From Callorhinchus milii (lineage: Eukaryota), in contig NW_024704758.1 of NCBI RefSeq assembly GCF_018977255.1, positions 14,260,001-14,324,000 of the forward strand: 64,000 nt of DNA, written 5' to 3'. Each line of letters opens with the position of its first letter. Positions within the stretch are counted from its first letter, which is position 1. Both the position numbers and the translations under genes were made by a program. Positions 1-13,395 of this stretch are shown here, in pieces. The notes below the pieces were generated by a model that was given only the letters and a program-made list of their open reading frames with translations, was not told the DNA's origin and made no database searches.

Positions 1-271
1 TTTAGGATTGGGATCAGAGTTTGGGATATATTGCATAGTTACTGTCGGGTAGCATTAATATTATAGTTCAAGTTACTTTCAGGACTAGAGCTTTACCGTC
101 AGAATCTGGGCCAGGCTTACAATTAGGGCAATATCTATTGTTTCTCATGTTAAACTACATTTTTCAGACTAATGAATACAGTGCTTTGTACAATAAGGGG
201 AACATTGAACATTTCACAGGGCCAAATAATCGTGGCATTGCCCCTTAACAATGGACTGCATCATTGGTGTG

Positions 272-410
272 ATAGGAACATAGGACATAGGAACAGGAGT
301 AGGCCATTTAGCCCCTCAAACTTGTTCCACCATGCTATTAGATCATGGCTAATCTGTACCTCAACTCCAAATATCCACTTTTGCCCCAGATCCCTTGATA
401 AGCCTTCTCA
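272..410 (-). mobile_element. CR1 LINE 3' end remnant
   Basis: ATAGGAAC-type tail repeats followed by GGAGTAGGCCATTTAGCCCCTC, the reverse complement of a CR1 3'UTR end. Confidence 0.7.
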
Positions 411-2685
411 GTAACGGCTGTAAAATTTCATTTAAGAAAATGAACATTTAGAAAATAAATTCTTGGATATAGCTAAAGAGCTGCCATCCCTCAGCTTGTG
501 TTTAAATGGTTTAGCTCATGATACTGATGTGATGCAATGTCTTTTTGTATAAAACTCTGAGTTTCCCACTTATCTCCATCGCAAATCAGCATAACTTCAT
601 TGGTTACACTATAATAAGTTTGGCTGAATCAACCTCTGGTATAAATATCCCCGTCACCCCTTGTTACCCATCAGTGTCTTTTGTTTCAAGCCATATCACA
701 GACAAGTAATAGCATTTGAGCCCTTCAGCACTTGGTGTTTTCAATGAGGGATTTACAGAGTGACAGACAGACCTACGGATTTATTTAAGTGGAGGAGTCA
801 CTGTGCAGAAAGGGGATAACTCCACACAGAAGGTGGAAAGCTATGAGAGATGATTCCTCGTCGAGCCAATGTAATGTGTATCTGGTCGCCTTTCAAAACC
901 ATTTTATTGTTTTTCGGGTTGTAATACGAAGAGAAAGAATTCACTCAGGTTAACATTTGCCTTTGTGTGATTTTTTTTAATACATATAGTTCTGGCTACT
1001 TGTCTTCTGTTGTGGTCTGGTAAATCGCTGTGGGTCAATTGGCCAAAAAAACTGGTACATATAATCGGAAGATGAAATTAGGTGACAAGATGAATAAATG
1101 GATTGGTTGATGAAAAGGCAGCGAGAGCAAAAAGCAGTTGAGGTTGTGTGTGTGTGAGTTGGGGAGTGTGAGGGGGGGAGAGAGAGAGAGAGGATAAGAG
1201 CTAATTTTATAAATGAAATGTCAAGGAGAGAGAGTGGAGAAACTCTCCTGAAGTACGTGTTTTGGGCTGGCACTTCTAATAAAAATCCGGGCCCTGAAGG
1301 AATTAATTACAAAAGCATTACAGCAAGAATTTGTGGAATTGCAAAGCATTGCAAGGCACCGACCAGCACGAGCCAAACTACTGGGAAGGGAGAAAACTCC
1401 AGGAGAGTTTAATAATAATTTTCTGCTCAGATATGAAGGGACATAATAGAAACGCGGACACGATAATGGATAACGCTGTCTAAAGGTACTGATGTATGCG
1501 AGGTGGCATTTGTTTAGCTTTAGATCATTAAAGATACACTAGGTCAGATAGAGGCTGCCGAACACTCGCTGATTTTTTTTTGGATGTGCCTTGTTGCTCT
1601 GTGGTGAGCGTCCTGCTGGAATTAAAATTGAAACTTTTAGCAACTGCTTAATTTAGCCACTTGCTAGCGGTAACTAATGAAAACGCTAGATTTCACAGCT
1701 GTGAGAATAGCAGGTACTGTTTTAATTCATCACACCTCGTGTCACATTTTTCTTCTCTCTGTCACGTCACACAGAGCTCAGTCATCCATCACTGGCCACC
1801 TTGGGAGTTTTCATTTCACCAGTTGAAACTGGAGGTATTTTTTGTTGCTGCACCTCACATCTTTTGTTCGCATTTCTCATGAGCTGCTCCATTTGTCTAA
1901 CTTTTCTGCATCTCATCATTTCACATTTGCCCTTTCGCTGCAGATTCCTCTAATTAATCACTCCATATATAAAAAAAAACACGAATCATCAATCCCATGA
2001 ATGAATATTTGTTTAGAAGCAAGAGTGTTTGAATAAGTTACAATGGCAGAGCATCAGGTTCCCAGTCAGATATCCAGTCATTATGACTGACTGACATTTA
2101 AACTTGGGCCTCACTAAAGGGTAAGTTTAATACTGCCTCAACTGCTGCTTTCTTCCCAGTCAGCCAAACCTCTGGTCTTTTCTCAATCAGATTGCCAACT
2201 TAGCATTAATTCATGCTGAATTCTGAGTTGTCTTGTGCTGTGGACCCCTTTACCATTGGGCACTTTATTGAGACTCCTAAAAATGATTGTATTCTCACAA
2301 CAGAGGAAGCAGCAATTAATTTAGTTCACACACTTGTCTTTGTGTGTGTGTTGCCATTGCTAGTAAAGCATGACATTAAGGTTCACTGTCTCCACCCATC
2401 ATCCATTTTGTTTATTCTGATTTACAGTTCCCTGTTATTTTATTATATAAATCAAAGGCCCAGTAGACTTACTCTCACATGTGCCAGGCTCATTTGCTGT
2501 GGTTAAAGCCTCAGCAAATTTTGATCAGTTGCATTCAGTGTTGCACTAAACTTTTGCTTTAGTACTTTACCCAGGACCTTTTGACCCATCAGGAGACTTT
2601 GATCTATGTTGGCTTTGGAACAGCTACCATGTTTCACGTAGAAGTCCTTCACCAAGATGTATTTTCTCCACAATCAGACAAAGAG

Positions 2686-2733
2686 ACACACACACACACG
2701 CATACACACGCGCATCGACACACACACACACAC
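2686..2733. repeat. Interrupted (CA)n microsatellite
   Basis: Directly visible. Confidence 0.85.
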
Positions 2734-4169
2734 AGACTGATGGCTGAACTGCATTAACTTCAGTTGCCAATCAGACACATGTCAGCCAAAGTGGAATAGT
2801 CTATTTTTCAAAACTACTGGTTTCGTACCCGAGAATCCTTAATGCAATGTTAGACACTGTTGTGTCTGTTTGGTAAGAAAGAAGCACATCAACCTTGACA
2901 CAGCTCCAAGATATAAAATAAAGGAAGAGTTCATCTCTGGGGAATTGTGAGAAAATTGGACATGATACAATATTAAACTCTACTGCAGCATAAATTAAAC
3001 TTGCTCCGAGTCCATAAACATTACAAAAGTTTTTTTGGAAAGAGTTTAATCTTTTGTGAGTTACATTCTGACAGAAAAGCCAGGGATTAAGCCATGCAAT
3101 CGGTGGCAAACAGAACTCTAGGTTTCTCCTGGCCAAGACGAGAATCGTGTGGAAAATTAGCTTTTAGACATATCCACATCAGTTCGAACTGAAGCCAAAG
3201 TATTCCTCTGGCTTGGAGCAAATGTTACACTGTACATTACAGAACCACCATTAAGAGTTACCATGAGCCTGCATTATCCATCTTCAAAAGTTTTACTTGA
3301 AGGACTGATGAAGTGTTTATTAAATATTGTAGTGTTTTTCCTCTTACGAAATTGCTGATTGTGATTTGGGTGTGTAATGGCCAAACCTGGTGCAAGTGTT
3401 TCACAACTAGATACGTTCATCATGACATTTAACATGTGGTGAGATTGATCATATTTGGCAAGTCCAAGGGGAAAAATTAGAAATTAATTTTAGTTTGCTT
3501 TACGTCAAGAATATGAGATCTCGTAAATCTGACGTCAGCAAAGTTTTGGACCGGAACTGAATCAATCTAGGCTGACAAATAGATGTGTTGGTTAGTAACA
3601 ACTGATAGCTGTGTGTCGGTGGTGTATATGTGGAGTAATGTGTCACAGAAAGAGTAGAGATTGAACAGAAAGCAAGAGTTATGCAAGACCTCGGAATTGG
3701 TTTTTTGGGGGAAGGGTGAATTGGCAATTCGTTAACATGCTGATCAGGGACAATTCTTAAGGTTCAAGAAGTTCATTTGAATGACTCCGGCTTATCTAAC
3801 ATGAGCCAGAGTAATTCAAATTAACTTTGAAGGTCTAAAGATTTTTCTGCGTTTCTACACTCGATCAAATCCAGCAAGAGCAGGTTGTGGGTCACGTGAT
3901 GTTTTTGTCAGTTTATCTGAAGTGAAACTGCATTAACTTCCAATGCTGGAAATCTCCTCCCCCAAAGTCTTTCCATCTTAGGGAATAGTTTTCAGGCTCG
4001 GCAATGTGTTTTCAGAATTCTAGACAGATTCAAACACTCAGTAATCCACCCAAATATTCTGTTCACTTTTCTTTTTCATAAAAAAGTATTACGTATTTGT
4101 AATTGGTTTGATTTCATTTCAAATATTTCTGTAGTAGAGTATCCAGTCTGCTTCATGTCCCAATGAGCG

Positions 4170-4393
4170 GGCTTTCAGGCGTTCTACCTCTGTTCTCTGG
4201 AGCTCCATCCTAAAGCCCCTCCGACTTGTTTGTTTCCTCCCCACTTTCAAAGCACGCTACAAGACTCGTCTCTTTGACCACGCTTTCAGTCATCTTTCTA
4301 ACCCCTTCTTCTACTCCCGCGCCGAGCCTGTGTAAAGTGCTTTGAGACGTCCTCCTAATGTGAAATGCGCTATGTAAATCTTAATTGTATTGT
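4170..4393 (+). mobile_element. L2 LINE 3' end
   Basis: CTCTGGAGCTCC...TTTGACCACGCTTTC...TGTAAAGTGCTTTGAGACGTCC...GCGCTATGTAAAT tail, shared with other copies in the window. Confidence 0.75.
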
Positions 4394-5410
4394 AGAGTAA
4401 CAGCATGTGAATTTGTTCTATTTCGAAGCGAGTACTTACTGATTCAAGACGGCCTGATTTAATTTGTGAGTTCTGCAGGTCTGTCAAGAAGGCTGAGTTT
4501 AGACCTGTAACTTTGGGAAACCAAAATAAACTGCAATTAGTTAACACAAAACATCAATCTTCAACACAAGTGAGCACCTGTGAGCATGTATAAAACAGAA
4601 ATGATGGAGTACGAATCAAAAATAATAAAAAATAACGTACAGCAATTATAGAATAATCCAGCTTTCACCATAGAGGTGATGTGATGTCTGCACTGATTTG
4701 CTTTATGAATCTTACCATGGTCCAATCCATCTTGTCCATAAATAAACTTGCTTCAGTGTAAGGTACAAGGAAGAAAAGTAAACCCAGACAGATTGTGTTA
4801 CATATGTCAATAATGTATAAAGGCCCTTAACACTGCATCATTTAACTTCTATTTAATTGTAATCTCTGGGATTGAGCTCAAGAGATGATTGTGAGTCAAT
4901 CATCTGATTGTAGAGGCTGAAGAGTGTTATTGACAGTAGATGCTCCAAATGCTTGTGTCTGTGAATGTCACTGTAGATTGCCTGGAGCAGGAAAACTACA
5001 GATGCGATGTGCTATCCTGATAAACCTGCAGATGACTTGTGAGGGCTTAATTTCTTTCTTTTAAACTCGTAAGCAAGCAAGTCCTGTTTTCTATTGGTTT
5101 GTGTTTTTCCTTTATGACAGCAATGCAAGCAATGAGCTGATAACTGCTGTCAACAAAAGAAAGTACCACTATAAACCTTTTTTTTTGGCTGGTGTTGTGG
5201 GATCTTTGGAACCCGAATTCAGAACACACAGTTCCCTCTTGCAGTGAAAGGCTACCGACCAAGATTTCCAGAGGTCATAATACTTTCTTCGGCAAAGTGC
5301 AAGTTGTTGAATTTCCACCCGATGTAAAGCTGCTACTGAACTGTATATGGTGATTTGTTGAGATTTGGTTAGGGGGCAGTGTATAAACCTTAACATTAAA
5401 ATGAATGATG

Positions 5411-5603
5411 GGGGTCAGTTTTGTGGCATTTCTTAATTAAAATTCCAAGTAGGACTCCTTTTTGGTAACTGGAACTACATTACTCTGAACTTGAGAGAAG
5501 TCGACTCCCAAAATAGATTGAGTTGGAGTGATGTTCCCATGAGACAGGCCTCTTGGATTGCGTACTTAAGAAATCCGTTATGAAATACCGTAAAATTGAC
5601 CCC
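5411..5603. mobile_element. MITE with 22-bp terminal inverted repeats (PIF/Harbinger-like GGGG...CCCC ends)
   Basis: GGGGTCAGTTTTGTGGCATTTC (5411-5432) matches the reverse complement of 5582-5603 (GGGGTCAATTTTACGGTATTTC) at 18/22, all mismatches being transitions. Confidence 0.7.
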
Positions 5604-5658
5604 AAAACTGCAATGAGTGAGAAATTTGAGCATGACTGAGTTCGGTTTGTTCCTGTGA

Positions 5659-6010
<352 letters not shown>

Positions 6011-6108
6011 GCACTTTGAGTGTAAAGATCACCTGATTTCTCACTCTGTTTTTCATACGGAGGGGACAATCATTATGTGGAACCACAATGTTAGCTCGAT
6101 GGTTGTAA

Positions 6109-6330
<222 letters not shown>

Positions 6331-7440
6331 TGAAACAGTTTTTTTCCCTATACTATACTTATTTTCCCTATACTTTACCAGCTAGGCAGACGCTCAATAA
6401 ACTAATAATTGTTTAGCTAATGTGATGCCACAAACTGAACGTCTAACAGTTTAGGAATTTCCTTGTACTAAATGAAGACTGCAGATGGGATTAGAGTGTG
6501 GATGTACCTTATTTTGGGGGTAGTTTAATGCAACCTTTTTGAACACCATTTATCCTTTTGAACCGTAAATCTTTTGCTCTTAAATGTAGATCAGAATTTA
6601 AGTGCTGCATTGTTGACTTCTTGTTCTTGTCCTTATGACCTGGCCAATACAAAAGTGCGGAAATATTACTGAGGTAACATGGATTCTAAGGTGCATTTGA
6701 ATTTTGGAAATACTCATTGAAAAAATCCGCAACCGAGATTAGAATTAATACAGTAATCCCAGAGAATCAAATGTGTGAGTCATATTTAATAATAATCCTT
6801 GCATATAATATAGAGTTTTATCATATGGTTGAAATGTCTCAAAGTGCTTTGCCGGATTTACACAGTAGGAAGTAGGATTAAGATTGTAGGAGTGTAGGAT
6901 AAGCACATTGGAGGTCAGAGAGCTGCGTAGAGCTCTTTTGTTATCATTGGGGTCTAACACCCAAGGGTTTGAATGTGATTGCTTAATAAGGAGTCTGAGT
7001 GGAGACTTATTCCAGCAACAAGCAGCGGGTCATATTGGGGTCAGGGCAGAGATCCCTGACTTAATATGAAGTATTCCCAGCTAAGGAATCCCATTAGAAG
7101 TCATCACATGCTGGACCTCTCCCCACTCCACCCCCCTAAATCTGCACATTGTGTCTCAAACTACAGCCATTGACAACAGTTTTAGTCGTAATTTACAATA
7201 TTTCAGTAGGAAATAGCGGTGAAATGAAAATTGTATTTCCAAAAATGTGGCGTCTCAAAGCAACTTCAACTGAGCTGCAAACCTGGAGTTTTTCCAGTTG
7301 TAAATCTGCTCCCAAGTGTTTTAAGTAGAACACGCCACGGTTAACAATCTAATATGATAAATATCTCCACAAATGAGGCTAACTGGACAATTCACAAAGT
7401 GGCAAAGTTAGGAGTGAGTTACGGTTGCCTTAAGAGTGTA

Positions 7441-7610
7441 GATTGTTCTCCAGGATTTGTGCCAATACGAGGAGATTTAAGACATCTTATCCCCAAATCT
7501 TCTCCATTAAAAATTTGCCGCCAAATATCTCAAAATATTTCACCATTAATTACTTTGAATACAGTCAATTCTGAAATCTTGATCTCCTAAGTAACCTTGG
7601 AGAAAACCTT
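7441..7610. mobile_element. Decayed palindromic MITE-like element
   Basis: Outer arms TTCTCCAGGATT and AACCTTGGAGAA, and inner arms AGGAGATTTAAGA and TCTTGATCTCCT, are nested inverted matches. Confidence 0.4.
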
Positions 7611-10506
7611 GTCTGTTATTTGATGTGACTGGCCAAGAAATATCCTAAATATAAGAGGTCTAGGAGTATTAGAACCATCAAACGAAAGAGCTCTTTTTAG
7701 TGAAACCGTTTTCTGTGAATCATTATTTATATCACTTGTCATTCCAGTCATAATCTGTTAATGAAAATATATCAGAGAAAGAAAGAGCTTTAAGTCGCAT
7801 CACACAGAATTGCTTGATGAGAATCGATGACAGTAAAAGTGATGTTTGGTGATGATATTAGGAGAATAGGTGCCATTAACTGAAGGTAAAGCATTAGAAG
7901 TTATTCTTGCTAATAACTTTGGGTGCAAGTCATAAGAATGTTCCATGATATCCGCACATCACCAAAGTCACTACACTTGTTGGCATCTCCCTTGGCCAGC
8001 CCCATATATCGCCCACAACATATACAGTCAATTCACTTTACAGTATATTCTGTGAAGCGCTTTGAGATGTCTCGAAGATGTGATAAGACACTGTATCAGA
8101 TGCAAGGATTATTATTATGGTTTATAATGTCATGTGAATGAAATTAGGCAGTCTTGTAAATTACTGTCTGCCACCTGCCTTCTCTTGGCTGGAAACAGTG
8201 CGTTACAAAATGTATCATTCTTACACATTATTTTGTGAATCATATAGATATATTATTTCGCAATTAAGAGTCCACAGAAGATGCTAATTCCCTTCTGGTG
8301 AAGTCAGTTGGCTCTACTTGTAACAGCTGCAGGAATGTAAGTCCAAGATAGACAACGGTTTTAGAAAAAAAAACTCCACTCTCCACCGCATTAATACGTC
8401 AGCAACTTTAAACCTTATTATTAAAAGCAACCAGGGGGAATTCTAATATATTAGAAGTAATAGGTTCAAGTGAGGGAGTTAATGGTGTAATTAAGTCTTG
8501 TGTTGGTGCTGCTATACAGCTACAAGAGTTTTGATTGCCCTGCTCCCTTCCCAACATTCATTATCCTCCGTACAATCAATAAAGGGTTTCACCAATCACT
8601 AGTTCTAGAAAGTGATGAGTTTATGGGAATGTTTTTCCGCGCATTACTGGCATTTCCTCTTGAAGCTGTCAGAACGGCATTCCATCTGCTGAATTATTTG
8701 TGACTTTTGACCACTCTCAAACCAATGTTTATTTTTAATTTTAACTGCAAGGGATGATTAGTCCTCCTTGTGTAAGTCATTCTGATTATAAAACAAAAAA
8801 AGTGATTTCACAAATGGAAGGGTTGGTGCAGTGTGAACCTATGGCACCTCATCACAGGGTCAAGGGTTTTTGTGGTTTATGAAAGTTCAGGTTTTATAGG
8901 CACTTGCAAGATCTTATTACTGCTTTACTCACGACTCAGCACCATTTTTCCGCAATTATGATTGTTATTATGAGAACTGCAACCTAACAAATACCCTTGT
9001 AAAACATCTGATCGTTGATGTGGTAAATTGACTGAATTACGTGATGTACAAACTATAGGCACAATTATCTCTCGCAGGAAGTTTGATGAAAGTCACTTGC
9101 AACTGATGGTTCGTGACCTAAACCCATGGGAAATAACACAGCATTAATCTATACAGAGCAAATGCAATCCAGTTCCAGTGATATTGAAAAGACAAATCCA
9201 AATGCTGTTGGTGGTAAGACCACTGGCTGTGCTCCAGTTTCTCAGCCCAATAACTTGAAGGAGAGGGGAATAGAAGGGAATAAGAGCATGTAAGGAATGA
9301 GTGAAAACTCGTGTGGAGTATGAACACTGACAAAGACTGGTTGGGCTGAGTGGCCTGTTTCCATGCTGTGCATGTTATCTTTTAAAACCAGGAGGACAAA
9401 CAGCCGGTTGTCAAAATTGCCCATGTGTCCTCTTTCCTGAGTCTTCATATAAAGTCTGTGCGGGAATCTACAACAGTATCAAAGGAAATCGCCTTACTAA
9501 TTTATCTCATTATGGATATTTTTTTCCTATAGACTATTATGGGCCAATACACATTGACACTCTGTATTTGAATGCAGCTGAGCACACTTGAGATTTCTTT
9601 TAAGCCCATGTTACGTTTATGAAATTGACCTGCAGTTGACATCCAGCTGACTGTGCCTTGGGTTCTGCTGCTGTGAAATGCATTAGAAAAGATGGATATT
9701 TTACAAAAACGCTGTTGACTGTGTAGATGTCTGTTTTGAGGAATAGCTTAACAATGCCAAGCATAACATTTGCCTTTAAACAGATGCCTTAACACGCATC
9801 TAGTAAAATGATGCTTTAAAAATAAAATTAACTTTTGTATTTTAATTCAACGCAAATAAAAATGCTCATCCCGATGCCTAAAACATGCAGCTTTGTGCAA
9901 CTCACCTTTAAAGCTTCAATATGAAGGAGATCTATATTCGAGACCATTTGATTGTAGGAATAAATTTTCAACCTTTTTGTTTTCACTAGCACTTTCTATG
10001 TGTATTCGATATATTACCAGGAGAATTTATGTTAATATGTCAAAGACCGACTGTCCCCCAGAGATTATTTCCTAAAAATAAATGCAACTCTATGGGGGAG
10101 TCGTTGTGGTCAGAGTTTAATTGACCATTTTCAGCAGCTTCAGTCGAATACACAAAATCAATTAAGTTGAATTGACACTGAAATGTGGCAAGACCCAAAG
10201 GTCTTGGGTAACACTTATGGCATAAGTACGTGTGGAGTAAGTTCCCCCTGAAGCAGTAGCACTAGTAAGCTAAACACGAGACTTCAATTTTACTTGCATT
10301 TATAATCAAAGCACTTTGAGACGTCTCGATGAAGTGATAAGGCGCTCTTTCAAATGCAAGGATTATCATTATTATAATAAGGGACGAAAACAGCAGCCTG
10401 TTGGTGCACAGCAAAGTCCTGCAAACAACCATTTGATTTGGGTGGGATTGTTTCTCGGGCTAGTCTCTGCCGCTGCATTACAAGCATGAACTGTTTTCTT
10501 GTCTGA

Positions 10507-10719
<213 letters not shown>

Positions 10720-10971
10720 TGAGCAGAGGTTCAGTGATATTTCTTGCTGCGTTTACACCTGACCTTTTAGCAGTGAATCAATTGCTTCGGGTTTGGCAAA
10801 TCCACTGCCAAATGTGTTACGTGCATGAGAGTTAGTCAGAGCGAATTGCACTGAATCTCACTCCTGACACCAGCTGCAAGGAACAATGTAAACACAGCAC
10901 CAGTGTATTGGTTGTCATGTCTTCAGCCAGTGTATATATGTTTGTGTGTAATTTCTGTTTTTGTTACCTGA

Positions 10972-11103
<132 letters not shown>

Positions 11104-11483
11104 TAAACATTTTTTTTCCACATTTTTTACTTTTCTTGTAGAACGCAAACTTCGATATTCATCACTGCTGCAATGTGTTAACCCTTTGAGTACCGAGTAT
11201 ATTTTTTGCAAAACTTCAAATTTGCGCTCTCTCTTTTCTTTTTTGCTAAATGCTGGCCTGTGAACGGGGAGGAAAAAAAAATTTCCCGGTGAATTTCTCT
11301 CTGGTTTTATCACCACCTGTTGCTTCCACTTTATTTCTCTTATGTTGTTTTGGATTTCCCCTTTGAGGTAGAGCGCCCCGACATGTAGGAGCCAAGCCTC
11401 CAATGCAGACAGCAGGTCGCGCTCAAGTGAGGGATAAGTCCTGAGCACACCTACAGTGATCGTTTCCCAAGAAAAAAAATTAA

Positions 11484-11652
11484 TCACTCAATCCACGACT
11501 GTGTGCGGGACGCTGCTGTGCGCGATTGGCTGCGCGTTTCGTCCACAAAATACACAGTCAATTCACTTTACAGTATATTCTGCGAAGCGCTTTGAGACGT
11601 CTCGAAGACGTGAAAAGGTGCTGTATCAAATGTAAGGATTATTATATTATTA
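11484..11652 (+). mobile_element. SINE 3' part (Deu-like segment plus L2 tail) in WT1 intron 9
   Basis: TCACTCAATCCACGACTG...ATTGGCTGC...AAGCGCTTTGAGACGTCTCGAAGACGTG...GATTATT. Further copies at about 6790, 8005, 10305, 19385, 25590, 28262, 33030, 34730, 48106, 48460, 53803 and 62900. Confidence 0.85.
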
Positions 11653-12185
11653 AACCGAACGGTTTTGAATGTTCCTTACAAGGCAGAACTGTGGATCGTT
11701 TCTCAAATTTCATTAGTCTCCAAACCAATTATTGCAGTTTTGTTACTTTCCTTATGTTTAGCGCAACAACAAAAACATGAAGGCAAATGTGCTCAAAAGG
11801 TTAAAAATTCTGTTCTTCCAATCTTTCATCTCAGTGGAAGAACGTCTCGGATTTGTCTCACTTTTCCCGACAACTTTTATTTCCCAACTTTTGGGATGCC
11901 CAAGCAAATATAAAACTGTTGGGCTGGGTCTTGTCACCAATTGAGTGGCATTCTCTCCCCCTCCCCCCACCAAACAAAATACTCTCAGTCAGTTTGTTTT
12001 TGGGGGGTGGGGGGGTGGGTGGAGGACAAAATTGTCATTTCTATTAAAACAGGCAATTGAAAAACAGCCCATAACTGGTTTCAAATGTCCTGCCTCGTCG
12101 ATTCAAAGAAAAAATCCTAAGAATATCATATCCTAACAAAGTTGCATGAATGTGTTGTCACCTTTTATGTGTAAACAAAAATTAA

Positions 12186-12335
<150 letters not shown>

Positions 12336-13389
12336 TGAATTGGGGGGGAACCTCGTTCAAACAAGAAAAAAAAAGGATGTGACACTGACGGAGAAACAAT
12401 TTTGCTTCTGTTCACCTCGGTTCTAAAATTCAGCAGCTTCGGGAGTCAACAGGCGTGAGCTAAAACGCCTGATTTTTCTATGATTAACCTCACACCGACC
12501 AAAACGTTAGACATACACCACCAGTAATCTGTGGGGTTCGCTGTGCCTCTAATTCAGTCACTGTTGAAGTGTAGAAGGAGAAGTGGGGGTGAAGCATAAC
12601 AGCCACTGCACATGATAAGCATTAGCAATGTAGCCAATGTCACTCACCATTGCACACATAACCTGCGATGATGTTCACACAGGAGTGAGTGTGAGGGTGG
12701 TTTAAATGGCAGTACAGCATTGCTCCATATTGTAAATATAATGTATATAGGAACCTCTTATAATTGAGTACTACTGTATTCAGAGTTTTATTTTGGATTA
12801 AAATCCTTGGCTAATCCAGATGTGCCCTGTGTTGTGTGCAGCTACTAAAGGCCGTTTAATGACAGGCTTACAATGAGGCAATGGGGAATACATTTCATCT
12901 ATCGAGTTAACTTGCCTTTCAGTACCTATAGCAGATGCAGAGATGGGAATAAAATCATTTGGCCAGGGTGAGACACTGTCGTTTATCCATTTGTGGCATA
13001 TTTTATCGAGATCTATTTAGGGAGAGGGTGAGGTTAGCCAGCAATGCATAAACCACTAAAAAAAAAAGACTGTTTCAAAATTGTATGCTATGTATTGAGA
13101 AGCCACACTGGCTTTGTGGCTGATTAGGTGTAACGTTACCAAACATTGTTTAAAATCAAAGGCTGGTCCGTAACTTCGAATAACCATTCCTCTTGAAAGT
13201 CCGTAACTTAATGATTTTTTTTTCTCTATATAATGAAGAGAAAAGTTTTAGTGTAATGGATTGTACTGTGTTGGGGTTTGTTTTTCCTTGTTCATGTATT
13301 TACTGCTACTTTGCCGGAAATTATTATGTATATATCTGATAATGTATTGCTGTGCCTAAAATAGGAGAGTTGCTAAAAAAAATGTAGAG

Positions 13390-13395
13390 AATAAA
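13390..13395 (+). terminator. Candidate WT1 polyadenylation signal (3'UTR about 1.05 kb)
   Basis: AATAAA about 1 kb after the stop, followed by a GT/T-rich tract and (GT)n near 13448. Confidence 0.55.

Noticed and set aside
2078-2126. AACTTGGGCCTCACTAAAGG|GTAAGT resembling the end of WT1 exon 4 (NLGATLKG)
   Set aside because: In-frame TGA at 2092-2094 and no DNLYQMTSQLECMTWNQM upstream. The true exon 4 must lie before the window.
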